Shown piece by piece: positions 39,502-50,059 of a stretch of DNA of 64,000 nt. The notes under the pieces were generated by a model. It was not told where the DNA came from and did no database searches. It was given only the letters and a program-made list of their open reading frames with translations. The translations under genes and the position numbers were made by a program. The stretch comes from Nitrospirota bacterium (lineage in GTDB: Bacteria; Nitrospirota; UBA9217), in assembly GCA_963663225.1 (NCBI GenBank), contig OY760142.1, forward strand, positions 2,848,001-2,912,000. Direction: 5' to 3'. Numbering within the stretch: the first letter of the stretch is position 1; each line of letters opens with the position of its first letter.

Positions 39502-40968
39502 TTATCCGATCCGTTTTCTGACGCTTGTGGGAGGAATTCTGAGCTCCTCCCGGTATTTTGCCACAGTCCTTCTGGCGATATCAATCCCCTGACTTTTCAG
39601 CGCATCGACAATTTGCTGATCTTTGAGCGGCGCGGATGGATTTTCTTCTTTAATCATTTTTTGAATAACGTCTTTCACCGTCAGGGATGAGACTTCAGAC
39701 CCGGAACCAGCCAGGAAGCCGGTCGTAAAAAAGTACTTCATCGGGAAAATCCCCTGCGGAGTATGCATAAATTTATTTGTGGTGACTCTGCTGATTGTTG
39801 ATTCGTGCATGCCGATATCTTCGGCCACGTTTTTCAACACCATGGGTTTCAATGAATTGATCCCCTGTTCGAGAAATTCCTGCTGAAATTTGACAATACT
39901 TTCCGCAACTCTGAAAATTGTCTTGTTTCGTTGTTCCATTCCTTTTATGAGCCATTGTGCTGACCGCAGGCGCTCTTCGACGTATTCTTTGGTCGCTTTG
40001 TCTATGGTTTCATTATGATTCAGTAATTTTCTATAATAAGGATTGATACGCACCCGAGGCAGTCCTTCATCATTAAGCTGTACCACATAACGATCCTCAA
40101 TCTTAATCACATAAACATCAGGTACCATATAATTCGTATCTGATGCCAGGTAGGGCCTGCCCGGCTTCGGTTCCAACTCCCGGATAATGATCTGGGAAGC
40201 TTCCATGACTTCTTGTGTCGTGATGTTCAGGGTTTTTGCGATCTGCTGATATTTTCTTTTTTCGAGATCGGAAAGATGTTCTTGGATGATTTTTTCAACC
40301 AGGGTGCCTTGAAGGCATAGTTGCCTTACCTGGATCAGCAAACATTCCCGCAGATCGCGCGCGCCGACACCCATTGGATCAAAACTCTGGATGAGCAACA
40401 ACGCCCGCTCCATGTCCTGCATCGGCAAGCCGGACTGTTGCGCAAGTTCAGCGAGTGTAGCCCGCAGATACCCGTCATCATCAAGGTTGCCGATAATCCA
40501 TTCTCCGCCCTTCACCAGGCCGGGATGAGATGTCGTAAGATGAAGCTGCCAGAGAAGATGATCGCTCAGAGAAGGCAGACGTGTCAGTGTCTGGTCATAC
40601 GAAGGAAGTTCTTTATCATCCGCTTCTAAGGGGCCATAATCGCGGCCATCTCCGAGTTCATTAAGATATTCATCCCACTGGGGACCGAGATCGATATCAC
40701 TTTTGAGTTCTTCATTTTCCTGTGTTTGTTGATTATTTTCAGCGGTAAGGGTTGAAATTTCCGAGTCCGGTGCCGATAAATCCTCTTCGTGGGAAGTTTC
40801 TTCAGCTGATTCAGAAGTCACTTCCTCAATGACTGGATTTTCAGTCAGTTCCTGCGAAACCGACTGGACTAGTTCAAGCCGCGACAACTGCAGCAGTTTA
40901 ATTGCCTGCTGAAGCTGAGGCGTCATGATCAGTTTTTGGTGCAGTTTTAACTCAAGTCGTGCTTCCAT
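39502..40968 (-). CDS. rpoN: RNA polymerase sigma-54
   Basis: 'MTPQLQQAIKLLQLS', 'HESTISRVT', RpoN box 'ARRTVAKYRE'. Confidence 0.98.
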   Translation of the reverse strand: MEARLELKLHQKLIMTPQLQQAIKLLQLSRLELVQSVSQELTENPVIEEVTSESAEETSHEEDLSAPDSEISTLTAENNQQTQENEELKSDIDLGPQWDEYLNELGDGRDYGPLEADDKELPSYDQTLTRLPSLSDHLLWQLHLTTSHPGLVKGGEWIIGNLDDDGYLRATLAELAQQSGLPMQDMERALLLIQSFDPMGVGARDLRECLLIQVRQLCLQGTLVEKIIQEHLSDLEKRKYQQIAKTLNITTQEVMEASQIIIRELEPKPGRPYLASDTNYMVPDVYVIKIEDRYVVQLNDEGLPRVRINPYYRKLLNHNETIDKATKEYVEERLRSAQWLIKGMEQRNKTIFRVAESIVKFQQEFLEQGINSLKPMVLKNVAEDIGMHESTISRVTTNKFMHTPQGIFPMKYFFTTGFLAGSGSEVSSLTVKDVIQKMIKEENPSAPLKDQQIVDALKSQGIDIARRTVAKYREELRIPPTSVRKRIG

Positions 40969-41085
40969 ATTCACCGGAGCGGCAGGGGCCACAACAACCC
41001 ATGAAGAAACAACATGTTTTCTTGAATTATCGTTGATAGCTGAATACGGTCCCTGTGAACTTCATCTCCTCTTTCCTCAATATAA

Positions 41086-41820
41086 TTATAACCGAAAAGT
41101 CTCCCCAAGATAAAATTGACGAACACGCGGGCTTGCAGTAATCTCAGCTGCAGTACCCGCTTCTATGATTTTTCCATCACTAATGATATATGCCCTGTCG
41201 GTGATAGCCAGTGTTTCCCTGACATTGTGGTCAGTAATCAGTATTCCTATCCCCTTGCTTTTTAAAAGAGAAATTATCCCCTGGATATCCTGGAGGGCAA
41301 GGGGATCAATGCCGGCAAACGGTTCGTCCAGAAGGATGAATTTTGGTGAAAGAGTAAGGGCTCGCGCTATTTCCACCCTCCGTCTTTCTCCTCCTGAAAG
41401 TGTGAATGCCCTGCTGTCAGCCAGATGTGCAATCCCCAACTCCGTCAGCAGCTGGTCGCACCGTTCCGCCCGTTCTGCCGACGAAAGGTTCATTGTTTCA
41501 AGAATTGCCAGTAAGTTTTCGGAGACAGTCAACTTCCTGAATACTGATGGCTCTTGCGGCAAATAGCCGATGCCGTTTTGTGCGCGCATATACATCGGCA
41601 TTTTTGTAACATCGGTTCCGTCGAGAATCACCCTGCCCTGGTCGGGTCTAATCAGTCCTACAACCATGTAAAAGGTAGTTGTTTTACCAGCTCCATTCGG
41701 GCCGAGAAGTCCGACGACCTCCCCGTGCTTTACCTGCAGACTGACGCCTTTGACAATTTTTCTTCCGCGGTAACTTTTTTCTAGTTTTTTCGCCTCAAGC
41801 GCTTGCATGATGTCCTTCAT
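41086..41820 (-). CDS. lptB: LPS export ABC ATPase
   Basis: 'GPNGAGKTT', '[13 protein letters not shown]', '[15 protein letters not shown]', 'TDHNVRETL'. Confidence 0.96.
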   Translation of the reverse strand: MKDIMQALEAKKLEKSYRGRKIVKGVSLQVKHGEVVGLLGPNGAGKTTTFYMVVGLIRPDQGRVILDGTDVTKMPMYMRAQNGIGYLPQEPSVFRKLTVSENLLAILETMNLSSAERAERCDQLLTELGIAHLADSRAFTLSGGERRRVEIARALTLSPKFILLDEPFAGIDPLALQDIQGIISLLKSKGIGILITDHNVRETLAITDRAYIISDGKIIEAGTAAEITASPRVRQFYLGETFRL

Positions 41821-42326
41821 TTTTTATCTTTTTTTACGGGATCCTGTTTTTGCTGGTTGTTCTGATAAAATAATATTTTTCCGCCTTCGACGACACTTCG
41901 CTCATCATGCAAGAAGAGCGTTATTGTTTCTCCGTCAAGCTGGTTTTCATTTTCTACAATGCGGGCGTCACCGGTAAGAACGATTTTTTCCTCACGGCTG
42001 TAATAGAAAGCCTTATTTGAAAACGCTGTTCTGCCTTCTTTCCGGACTACGACATTTCCGTATGCGTCAATCTCTCTAATACCTTTTGTTTTCACATCAT
42101 AAAAAACAGTCATAGAATCTGAAGTAAGCGTCATCCCGCTTTTTTTAAGGACCACATTTCCAGCAAAAGTTACCGTATCGCCAAATTTATCGGCCTCCAT
42201 GGTGTTTGAGGTGATAACAAGCGGTTCCCGGTCCCTTTTATCAAGCCGGGCAGCATGGCAAATTGCTGCAACCAGAAAAAAAGAAACCAGAAAAAACAGG
42301 CTATTCCTGAAGCACTGCTTTAACAT
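41817..42326 (-). CDS. lptA: LPS transport periplasmic protein LptA
   Basis: Signal peptide, OstA-like beta strands, position between lptC and lptB. Confidence 0.8.
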   Translation of the reverse strand: MLKQCFRNSLFFLVSFFLVAAICHAARLDKRDREPLVITSNTMEADKFGDTVTFAGNVVLKKSGMTLTSDSMTVFYDVKTKGIREIDAYGNVVVRKEGRTAFSNKAFYYSREEKIVLTGDARIVENENQLDGETITLFLHDERSVVEGGKILFYQNNQQKQDPVKKDKK

Positions 42327-42873
42327 TGTTTTTCACCAGCACCGTACGCATATCCACGTCAGCAGAAATGCCTACGCCTTCGAGATATATTTCTTTTCCT
42401 AGCAGTTTGAAAGGGTCGCGGGTCCAAATAACACGTTCACCTGCTTTCCATGAAAGTGAATTTGTTGTCAGCAGGTAGCCATCGCTTGTCGCCACCCTGA
42501 CCTCACGTACCCCCCGGTGGATAGAAGCATCCCCATTGTTTGTGTCCATCGTTCCTACTTCTCCAAGGAGTGTTGCTTCTTTTTTATCTTTTGCAGTGCT
42601 GGTAAATATAATTTCAACGTCCTTTAACACTGCCTCTTTATTCTCATACAGGTCAGCATTTTTTGCATTCATTCTCCAAGCAACGGTTCCATTTTCCGAT
42701 CGGATGAATTTAAAACCTTCCATACTTATCAGCAATCTCTCGCCCGAAGAGGGACGAAACAAGGACGGCATGGTAATATTCGCGCTTTTTATCAGGAAAA
42801 AACCACCGGAAATAACCGCTGCAAGGATAATAAAAGCTGTGAGGAGTTTGAAAAATTTTGGGATAACCATCAT
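42301..42873 (-). CDS. lptC: LPS export protein LptC
   Basis: Single N-terminal TM followed by jellyroll-like strands; lptCAB order. Confidence 0.75.
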   Translation of the reverse strand: MMVIPKFFKLLTAFIILAAVISGGFFLIKSANITMPSLFRPSSGERLLISMEGFKFIRSENGTVAWRMNAKNADLYENKEAVLKDVEIIFTSTAKDKKEATLLGEVGTMDTNNGDASIHRGVREVRVATSDGYLLTTNSLSWKAGERVIWTRDPFKLLGKEIYLEGVGISADVDMRTVLVKNNVKAVLQE

Positions 42874-43006
42874 ACATTCAGAGATTAAGGCATAGAATAT
42901 GATAATATCACTACCGTATGCATAATTTATACCATAGCCTAAACTTTCTGTAAAGGCAAAAATTGACAGGAATAAATTGCTTGTCTGAAAAAATAAAGCG
43001 CTTAAG

Positions 43007-44257
43007 TTATTGACTTTCCAATCGTGCTTTAAGAGAAGCGAGTTCTTGTTCTTTTTCGTTCAATAACTGTTCAAGACGGGTCTCGATTGATATATCACGC
43101 ATAACAAACTGTATAAACTGCTTTCCCATGAAAGCAAGTTTTATCGCATGTATCTCAACCGGCGTGGCTGAGCCGTCAGCACTGCGAAGTTTTGCCTGTT
43201 TGAGCGATGTTTTTCCTTTTGCAGACTCCGTAACAGCGTCTTCGAGTCGGAACGATTCCAAAAAAAGTTCAAATATTGTTTTGTGCAAAAGATCATATTT
43301 TGACTGACCGGTCAGACGGGCTGCCTCGTCGTTCGCAAAAATGATGTCGCCGTTTTGAGCGAGCATAAAAATAGATTCCTGAGCATTTTCAACAAGTTTT
43401 CTATATCGTTCCTCTGACGCCTTGAGTTCTTCTGTCTTCTCGGAAACCCATTGTTCAAGTTCCATGTTCATTTTTTGCAGCTCAATCTGCATCTGTTCAT
43501 TTTGTATTGTTGCTGAAATGATGCCTGAAAGGGTCGTAAAAAAATTTATCTCTTCATCTAAAAAAACTTTTGGTTTACGATAGAAGACTTCCATCAGCCC
43601 CACAAGAGCGCCGTTTGAATATACATAAAGCGGTAAACAATAAACAGATGCATACTCCGCAAGCGTCAAGCCTGACGGTTCTTGATACCGTATGTCCGCA
43701 TGAAAATCTTTCAGCATAACAGGTTCGAGTCTTCTGCCGGACCATCCTTCAATACCTTCGCCAAGCGGGATATGAACTTTTCCGATCGAATTTTCCTGTA
43801 CAGCGTTGGTCGCAGCAAGAAAAAGCTCATCTTTTTTTGAATCATAGAGATAGATAAGACATGCATTTGCTTCCATGACCCGAGCAGTAATATCGGCCAC
43901 GTCTTTGAGCCGATCGGCGAATAACCGGGGAGAATTTGCGGCATAATTGATATCATAAATCCCGAGAAACTTGATAAAAAGATCATCTTTTGTATCAAGC
44001 AACTCTTCCTGCTTCAGATGCAGCTCAAGATTGGCATCCTCAAGCCGGCGATAATAGGGTGAAATAGACCATTTATAGAGTAAAAAAGATACGGCAGGAA
44101 CCAGAAGGAAAAGGACGCAGAAAAGCAGCAGACCGTTTTTTTTATCATATGAAAGTGAGAAGCCCGCATAAACGCCGACGGCAGCCGATGCGAACAGCAC
44201 AAGCGCTATAATAAAAATCAGGAAGCCCTTTCTGTGCATAAAATCATCCTGTTTCAT
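43007..44257 (-). CDS. Membrane sensor protein (2 TM + GAF + coiled coil + PAS), no output domain
   Basis: GAF 'GEGIEGW...LPL...GALVGL', S-helix 'ELEQWVSEKTEELKASEERYRKLVE', PAS ending 'VMRDIS'. Confidence 0.8.
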   Translation of the reverse strand: MKQDDFMHRKGFLIFIIALVLFASAAVGVYAGFSLSYDKKNGLLLFCVLFLLVPAVSFLLYKWSISPYYRRLEDANLELHLKQEELLDTKDDLFIKFLGIYDINYAANSPRLFADRLKDVADITARVMEANACLIYLYDSKKDELFLAATNAVQENSIGKVHIPLGEGIEGWSGRRLEPVMLKDFHADIRYQEPSGLTLAEYASVYCLPLYVYSNGALVGLMEVFYRKPKVFLDEEINFFTTLSGIISATIQNEQMQIELQKMNMELEQWVSEKTEELKASEERYRKLVENAQESIFMLAQNGDIIFANDEAARLTGQSKYDLLHKTIFELFLESFRLEDAVTESAKGKTSLKQAKLRSADGSATPVEIHAIKLAFMGKQFIQFVMRDISIETRLEQLLNEKEQELASLKARLESQ

Positions 44258-44333
44258 GTCCAGCCCCTCCTCAACTTATAATCTGCAGCTGTATTGAAGG
44301 TGAAAGGTTTTAAATATTTTTTCTTTAAAAAAC

Positions 44334-45182
44334 TTATGTGCCGGCGGATTGTTTAGTACTTACAAGTTTTAGCAAATCGTTTATTGCTTGGCCCATATGA
44401 GATGGTATGTCGATTTGCACACCATGTTTTCTCAATTGAATGAAAAGTTCTACAAGAGGCGGCGGTTCGATATTCGACATTTTCAATTCATCGACTTTCA
44501 TAAAAATCTCAGTAGGAGTTCCCGCCGTCACCACCCCACGGCCTGTTGCCAGCACATACACCCGATCGGCAAAAGCGGTCACAAGATTGAGATCATGCGT
44601 AGACATGATTATTGTCATGCCGTCCCTGTTGTATGTATTCAAAAGCGTCACGAGTTCGGAACGGGAACGGGAATCCAGCCCTTCAAACGGTTCATCAAGG
44701 ATCAAGAGCTCAGGGTTCATGATCAAGGCGCCTGCAAGAGCAACTTTTCTTTTTTCGCCTCCTGAAAGATAATGGCATATCTTTTCGTCCAGGTGCTGAA
44801 TCTCCAACGAACGCATAACCTGATTTACCCTGGCGTCGATTTCGTCTTTTTTATAGCCATAATTTCGCGGAGAAAAAGAAATGTCGTCCCTGACCGTTGG
44901 AGAAAGGATCTGGTCATCAACATTTTGAAGCAAGACGCCGATCCGTTCCCGGATGGCGTCGTATTGTTTCGCGGGATTCTTGCCGAACACAAGCACGCTG
45001 CCTTCATTCGGCGAGAGGAGTCCCAGTATATGATACAACAGGGTCGTTTTGCCGGAGCCATTTCCGCCGAGAATCACCACTCGTTCTCCCCTGTTCACGA
45101 CAAAATCCAGGCCGCACATATGGATTTCCGTGGAATCAGGGTATACATGCTTCAGGCAACTTACGTTTACGATAGTTTCCAT
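44334..45182 (-). CDS. cbiO: ECF Co/Ni transporter ATPase
   Basis: 'GGNGSGKTT', 'QNVDDQI', 'LSGGEKRKVALAG'. Confidence 0.88.
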   Translation of the reverse strand: METIVNVSCLKHVYPDSTEIHMCGLDFVVNRGERVVILGGNGSGKTTLLYHILGLLSPNEGSVLVFGKNPAKQYDAIRERIGVLLQNVDDQILSPTVRDDISFSPRNYGYKKDEIDARVNQVMRSLEIQHLDEKICHYLSGGEKRKVALAGALIMNPELLILDEPFEGLDSRSRSELVTLLNTYNRDGMTIIMSTHDLNLVTAFADRVYVLATGRGVVTAGTPTEIFMKVDELKMSNIEPPPLVELFIQLRKHGVQIDIPSHMGQAINDLLKLVSTKQSAGT

Positions 45183-45223
45183 AAAAGCTTTCGTGTGGCA
45201 ACAATCTTTCTTTTTGCTTTTTT

Positions 45224-45937
45224 TTAATTCAACAACAATACGAATACAAGCACGGATATTCCCGTCGCAACGGGAAGCCAGTCCTGGCTTTGAAATCGCA
45301 CTTCACTTTTTTCCATCATACTGCCGTTATAACCTCGAACCATCATGACGGCATACAGCCGTGATGCATGTTCGACCGCCCGGATCAGCAGCATCCCTAT
45401 TCCTCTTGATATGTTTCTGCTGTTTTTTATAAGACTGCCGGGAGAAAAACCGCCGCGCAAACGTATTGCCGTTGCAAAACTGTCCATCATATCGAATAGG
45501 ATAAACAAAGAACGATACGTCATAAATAAAGCTGCCGCTAACGCCTCGGGAAGAACCGTAGTCATGAGGGCAAAAATTCTGGGATATGGTGTGGTTATTA
45601 CAAAAATCAGCATGGCAAATGCGGGAGTAATTGCTTTTACGACAAAAAGCAACAAGATGCTTTTTTCTCCGATGCTGAATCCGTAAAGCAAAGCAAAAAT
45701 CGCCGCATACCAGGAAAGAATTGCGATCCGGAACCAGGGAAGACCTGTTACAGCAGCCACTGCAAGGAGCAAACAATAACCAATCAGAAGCGGATAAGGA
45801 GTACGGGACAGGACTGCAGCAGCCACCACGAGCAGGAGAAGGCCTGCCTTCGAACCGGTGGATGCTTTATGGAAAGGGCTTTGGCCGCGTGCCGCCCACT
45901 GGTCGATTCTCGCTACATCAATCAACGAATACTCCAC
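45224..45937 (-). CDS. cbiQ: ECF transmembrane (T) component
   Basis: Polytopic; xRx motifs 'LRGG' and 'VRGY'; between cbiM and cbiO. Confidence 0.8.
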   Translation of the reverse strand: MEYSLIDVARIDQWAARGQSPFHKASTGSKAGLLLLVVAAAVLSRTPYPLLIGYCLLLAVAAVTGLPWFRIAILSWYAAIFALLYGFSIGEKSILLLFVVKAITPAFAMLIFVITTPYPRIFALMTTVLPEALAAALFMTYRSLFILFDMMDSFATAIRLRGGFSPGSLIKNSRNISRGIGMLLIRAVEHASRLYAVMMVRGYNGSMMEKSEVRFQSQDWLPVATGISVLVFVLLLN

Positions 45938-45943
45938 AAAAAA

Positions 45944-46621
45944 TCACTGTTCTTTATGCAGCACATGATTTAATAGATCAGGTTTGACCTGAGCTATGAA
46001 ACGAACCACCGTGCCGGTAATGAATGCTTCAATAAGCCAGCCGACCGCCCCGAAGGACAATACCATAATTGCAAACCTTGTTATCGTTGTCGCAGTTTCA
46101 TGCATATGTTCGGTTGCATGTTCTGCGCCGTGCCGGGCAAATTCCGGATCAATGTTTGAAATTGCAACAATCCCGATCAAGGTCAACGTGGTTATGAATA
46201 AAGTCAGTATTGTTGCAGTTGCGGCACTCCAAAAAACCGGAAGCCGTTTTTTTAAAAGAAAAAAAATGGTATGTCCTAGAACAGTTTCAGAACCAAGGAG
46301 TATCGTGTTCAGCCCAATCACGGTGATTCCCCCATGTCCCATCAAGGCAAGGATCAGATTGGTAATAAATGCGGCGAGAAAACCAGCCGCCGGTCCTAAA
46401 AGAATTCCGGCAACGACAGAAAGGTTAATATGATATGCGAGAGGCAGGATTTCCAAGCTCATCGCGATGAGCATAACGGCACTTACGGCGCCGAGCAGCG
46501 GAATTGTTTTTCTCAGATTCATGGTCCTGAGTCTGAAGAGACAGAGCCAGATAATGCCGGACATAGCAACCAAGCCGGCTATCCAGAGCCACACCGGAAG
46601 AATCCCGTCCGGGATGTGCAT
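45944..46621 (-). CDS. cbiM: ECF Co/Ni S component CbiM/NikM
   Basis: Signature 'MHIPDG' (start placed at 46621 so it is N-terminal), 'GHGGITVIGLN'. Confidence 0.88.
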   Translation of the reverse strand: MHIPDGILPVWLWIAGLVAMSGIIWLCLFRLRTMNLRKTIPLLGAVSAVMLIAMSLEILPLAYHINLSVVAGILLGPAAGFLAAFITNLILALMGHGGITVIGLNTILLGSETVLGHTIFFLLKKRLPVFWSAATATILTLFITTLTLIGIVAISNIDPEFARHGAEHATEHMHETATTITRFAIMVLSFGAVGWLIEAFITGTVVRFIAQVKPDLLNHVLHKEQ

Positions 46622-46663
46622 ATGAGTCATTTTTGTTCGCTCCCTGCGTCCGGTTTATGGTTA

Positions 46664-47062
46664 TCATCTCCGACTGCTGTCATTATTCCGATTCGCCTTC
46701 CTGATTATAAGGACCTTACCGTTGCCGCCGATAAAAATGTTCAACACCCAGCTTATCAGGCTTATCACAAGAGCACCTAAAAAAGCAGCACTGAAGGATT
46801 CGATGAAAAAACCGGGCACAACGTATGCTACAAGCTCCAGCATTGCTGCATTAATAATGAGGGTGAACAATCCGAGCGTTAGGACATTAATGGGAAGTGT
46901 AAGAACAAGCACTACGGGCCTTATTATCGCGTTGACAACGCCTAGAATCCCGGCGGCAACTATACCCATAGCCATGCTCTCAATTCGTATCCCCGGGATC
47001 AATGAGCCGGCAATAATAAGCGCCAGAAGATTAACCGCCCAGCGCAGGAAAAAACCAAGCAT
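46664..47062 (-). CDS. YvlD-like 4-TM membrane protein ('phage holin' family)
   Basis: 'VNAIIRPVVLVLTLPINVLTLGLFTLIINA'. Confidence 0.88.
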   Translation of the reverse strand: MLGFFLRWAVNLLALIIAGSLIPGIRIESMAMGIVAAGILGVVNAIIRPVVLVLTLPINVLTLGLFTLIINAAMLELVAYVVPGFFIESFSAAFLGALVISLISWVLNIFIGGNGKVLIIRKANRNNDSSRR

Positions 47063-47200
47063 ATTGTCTCCTAAAAAATACTATCATACTTTATGGGCAT
47101 TTGCAACCAATGCCTGCCGGCACGGAAGTCGGGAAAGTATGAAGAACCATGGTTAGTAACAACAGAGGAGAGATATTATAGAAAGGCTTGGTAAAAAAAA

Positions 47201-48121
47201 TTATGCCGCGTTCGGCCCCCTGTCCGTACAATCAATTTTTTTACAGACGTCACAAGTTTCGTCACAGGGTTCAATATGAACAAGCACATTGCTCTGGGCA
47301 AGACGCTCCTTGATCCTTGCGGTAATTTCGTCGGCAAGCCCATGTGACAATGCGACCGTTTGGGTTTTCGGCACGACCAGATGCATATCGATGTGGCGCT
47401 CAGAACCCGCTTTTCTGGTCCTGAGTTTATGATATCCTACGATTTCTTTTGAATAGAGTTCCAGGACCTCATGTATGATCTTTTCTTCTTCCTCCGGCAG
47501 ACTGATGTCCAGAATATGCATGAAGGCGTTTTTGGTGAGATCATAGGCTGCTTTAAAAATAAGAAGTGCCACCCCGATGGCAATGATCGGATCGAGAACG
47601 GATAGACCGGTAAAATGAATTGCTATCAGCCCGGCGAAAACGCCGGCGGACGTGTAAACGTCCGTACGCAGATGCAGAGCATCGGCTTCCAGCGCGACAG
47701 AGTCGGTTTTTTTTGCAACATTCAGAAGGTAAGAGGAAACGAACCAGTTGGTTATCGCCGAGAAAGCCATGATTGCGGCACCGGCTCCGAGCGCCTCAAT
47801 GGTAATGTGCTCTGAATTCAGTTTTTTCAGAGCCTCAATGACGATGTAAATGCCCGCCGCAAAAATAAGTACGGCCTCAACAGTTCCAGAAACGTTCTCA
47901 ATTTTCCCATGTCCATACCGGTGTTTTGTATCAGCCGGCTTAGCGGATTCCCGAACCGAAAAGTACGCAATGACTGCGGCAAGCAAATCAATGCCGGAAT
48001 GTACGGCTTCTGAAATCACGCTCACGGACTGCATGATAATTCCGACAAAAAGCTTGAGTACCACAAGGACACAGTTCGACAGAATAGAAAAACGTGCGGC
48101 TTTGACTTTCTGATTCTTCAC
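47201..48121 (-). CDS. Cation diffusion facilitator (FieF-like)
   Basis: 'EAVHSGID', 'HRYGHGKIE', 'ADALHLRTD', 'VHIEP'; Cys-rich tail. Confidence 0.93.
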   Translation of the reverse strand: MKNQKVKAARFSILSNCVLVVLKLFVGIIMQSVSVISEAVHSGIDLLAAVIAYFSVRESAKPADTKHRYGHGKIENVSGTVEAVLIFAAGIYIVIEALKKLNSEHITIEALGAGAAIMAFSAITNWFVSSYLLNVAKKTDSVALEADALHLRTDVYTSAGVFAGLIAIHFTGLSVLDPIIAIGVALLIFKAAYDLTKNAFMHILDISLPEEEEKIIHEVLELYSKEIVGYHKLRTRKAGSERHIDMHLVVPKTQTVALSHGLADEITARIKERLAQSNVLVHIEPCDETCDVCKKIDCTDRGPNAA

Positions 48122-48139
48122 AACGCTGACTCCTTCCGT

Positions 48140-48715
48140 TCAAGTATTGATTTTTTTGAGAAGCCACGCCATGTTTTTTCCGAGGTTTTTCATGGTTTGA
48201 ACGCCTTCTTGGTCGCTGTTCACTTCTCCCGGTTCTCGGCCGATACCGAGGTTCCAGTAGCTAGATCCGGGTACAATCATCTGGTTGATAAAAAAGAAAA
48301 AATTCAATGAATCAAATACATGGGTAGCGCCGGCCCGACGCACCGCTACAACTCCTGCGCCTACCTTCCGCTTCAGGAGGTCGCCGTTTACACGCACCAC
48401 CATTCCGCTTCGTTCTATGAGCGCTTTCATACCAGCAGTGAGATCTGCAAAATACGTTGGAGAACCGAGCAGAATGCCGTCAGCTTCCTGCATCTTCTGT
48501 ATGCAATCGTTCACAACGTCATTATCTACAGCGCATTTTTTGTCTTTTCTTTCGAGGCATTTGTAGCATGCGATGCATCCATAAATTTTCTTCCCGGCCA
48601 GGGAATACAGCTCGGTTTCGATCCCCTCTGCTTTCAATTCTTCGAGTACAATATGTAACAGTATGGATGTGTTCCCTTCTTTTCGTGCACTGCCGTTAAA
48701 AGCGATAACTTTCAT
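48140..48715 (-). CDS. Iron-sulfur flavoprotein (flavodoxin-like, Isf family)
   Basis: 'NGSARKEGNT', 'GCIACYKC...C', 'GSPTYF'. Confidence 0.9.
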   Translation of the reverse strand: MKVIAFNGSARKEGNTSILLHIVLEELKAEGIETELYSLAGKKIYGCIACYKCLERKDKKCAVDNDVVNDCIQKMQEADGILLGSPTYFADLTAGMKALIERSGMVVRVNGDLLKRKVGAGVVAVRRAGATHVFDSLNFFFFINQMIVPGSSYWNLGIGREPGEVNSDQEGVQTMKNLGKNMAWLLKKINT

Positions 48716-48820
48716 AAGCGCCTCTCTTTCCAGAAAGTTTATATTGTATATTGATTTGATTTTTTTTTCAATGGAGGAAAACTTGAAAAAGAACATACAG
48801 CAGACATGACAAGAGAGTTC

Positions 48821-50008
48821 TCAGCGTTTTATCATTTTTAGAAACCGGTCTACAAAAAACGGGTTGAATGACGTTCCGCTGCCTTTCATAAGGACGCCTT
48901 CGATTTGCACCATTGAAAATGCCTGTTGATAAGAACGGCGGCTTCTCATAGCGTCGAACACGTCAGCAATTGCTATCAACTGGCTGGTAATGTTCGGCGT
49001 CCAACCGCCTTTGATGGATGGATATCCGCTCCCGTCAAATTTTTGGTGGTGCTCGAGCGCGGCAAGGATTGCAAGCTTCGGAATGCCGTCAATACCCATA
49101 AGATACCGCGCCCCTTTGACCGGATGCGATTCTATGATTCTTCGCTCCTCCGGTGTGAGCACACCGGGTTTTCCGAGTATTTCCTCGGGAACAAAAATTT
49201 TTCCGATATCATGCAGCAGAGCTGCAATTCCGATGGCATGCAGATATTCACCGCCAAAACCGAGGTGCTCCGCCTGGCTCATCGTAAGAATGCAAACGTT
49301 GGTGACATGCGTAAAGGTGTATTCATTCACCGATTTGAGCGATGCGAGAAGGCTCAAGGGATTGATTTCCTGTCGAAATCCTTTGATAAACCCCTTGACC
49401 ATATCGTCAACACTGCGGACATCTATCTGCCGGTGCTTTTTTGCGGACAGATACAGGTCCTTAAGCTCATCCAGCTCCGCACTCGTAAGGGCCAGCAATT
49501 CCTGCATGACTTCAGGTGACGCGGTTGTATCGGTCCCGATAGCGCTTTTCGCACTGACAGAGGCATCCGATTCTTTTCCCGGACCTTGTTTATCTTCAGG
49601 ATTTTTCACCTTGAGCTCTATCTTGCCCAGCTTAATGGATGGCCTCGATTTTATCGATACCGCGTCCTGCGAGGCGAGGTCCCGGATAAAACCCTCCAGT
49701 TCGGTTTTCGGCATTCCGGCAAGAAACGATATTCTTTCAAAAGCCTTTTTTTTCATGACGCGGATGAAATTAGTCACAAAGGTGCTGCCAGCGGCAAGCG
49801 GTCTGTTTTCAGCTACGAGATCATTGCCGATAAGAAGAATGGTAATTTCTGGCCTTGTCTGGAGCAGATCCAGCAGAACGGCATAGGCCCTGTCTACATA
49901 TTGCGCAACCTGCGGATGCGAAGGAGAATAGAGGGTCGTATTCGTCACTGCCGCGGTGAGCTGCGCGATGACCTGCGACAATGCTTCATGAATATCACGA
50001 TCTGCCAT
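48821..50008 (-). CDS. HD-GYP cyclic-dinucleotide phosphodiesterase with uncharacterised N-terminal domain
   Basis: 'YTFTH', 'LLHDIGK', 'HHQKFDGSGYP', 'IADVFDAMRS.RSY'. Confidence 0.9.
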   Translation of the reverse strand: MADRDIHEALSQVIAQLTAAVTNTTLYSPSHPQVAQYVDRAYAVLLDLLQTRPEITILLIGNDLVAENRPLAAGSTFVTNFIRVMKKKAFERISFLAGMPKTELEGFIRDLASQDAVSIKSRPSIKLGKIELKVKNPEDKQGPGKESDASVSAKSAIGTDTTASPEVMQELLALTSAELDELKDLYLSAKKHRQIDVRSVDDMVKGFIKGFRQEINPLSLLASLKSVNEYTFTHVTNVCILTMSQAEHLGFGGEYLHAIGIAALLHDIGKIFVPEEILGKPGVLTPEERRIIESHPVKGARYLMGIDGIPKLAILAALEHHQKFDGSGYPSIKGGWTPNITSQLIAIADVFDAMRSRRSYQQAFSMVQIEGVLMKGSGTSFNPFFVDRFLKMIKR

Positions 50009-50059
50009 GCATGCTCCTGGCTGAATATCCTCTTTCAATCATCATATCCCGCTGCTGGT

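Noticed and set aside
46664-47062. Holin as evidence of a prophage
   Set aside because: YvlD-like family is commonly chromosomal; housekeeping context with no lysin
46631-47200. Cobalamin riboswitch or NikR box for cbiMQO
   Set aside because: No room or consensus; the TCATAC and GTATGA half-sites are in the wrong order and spacing
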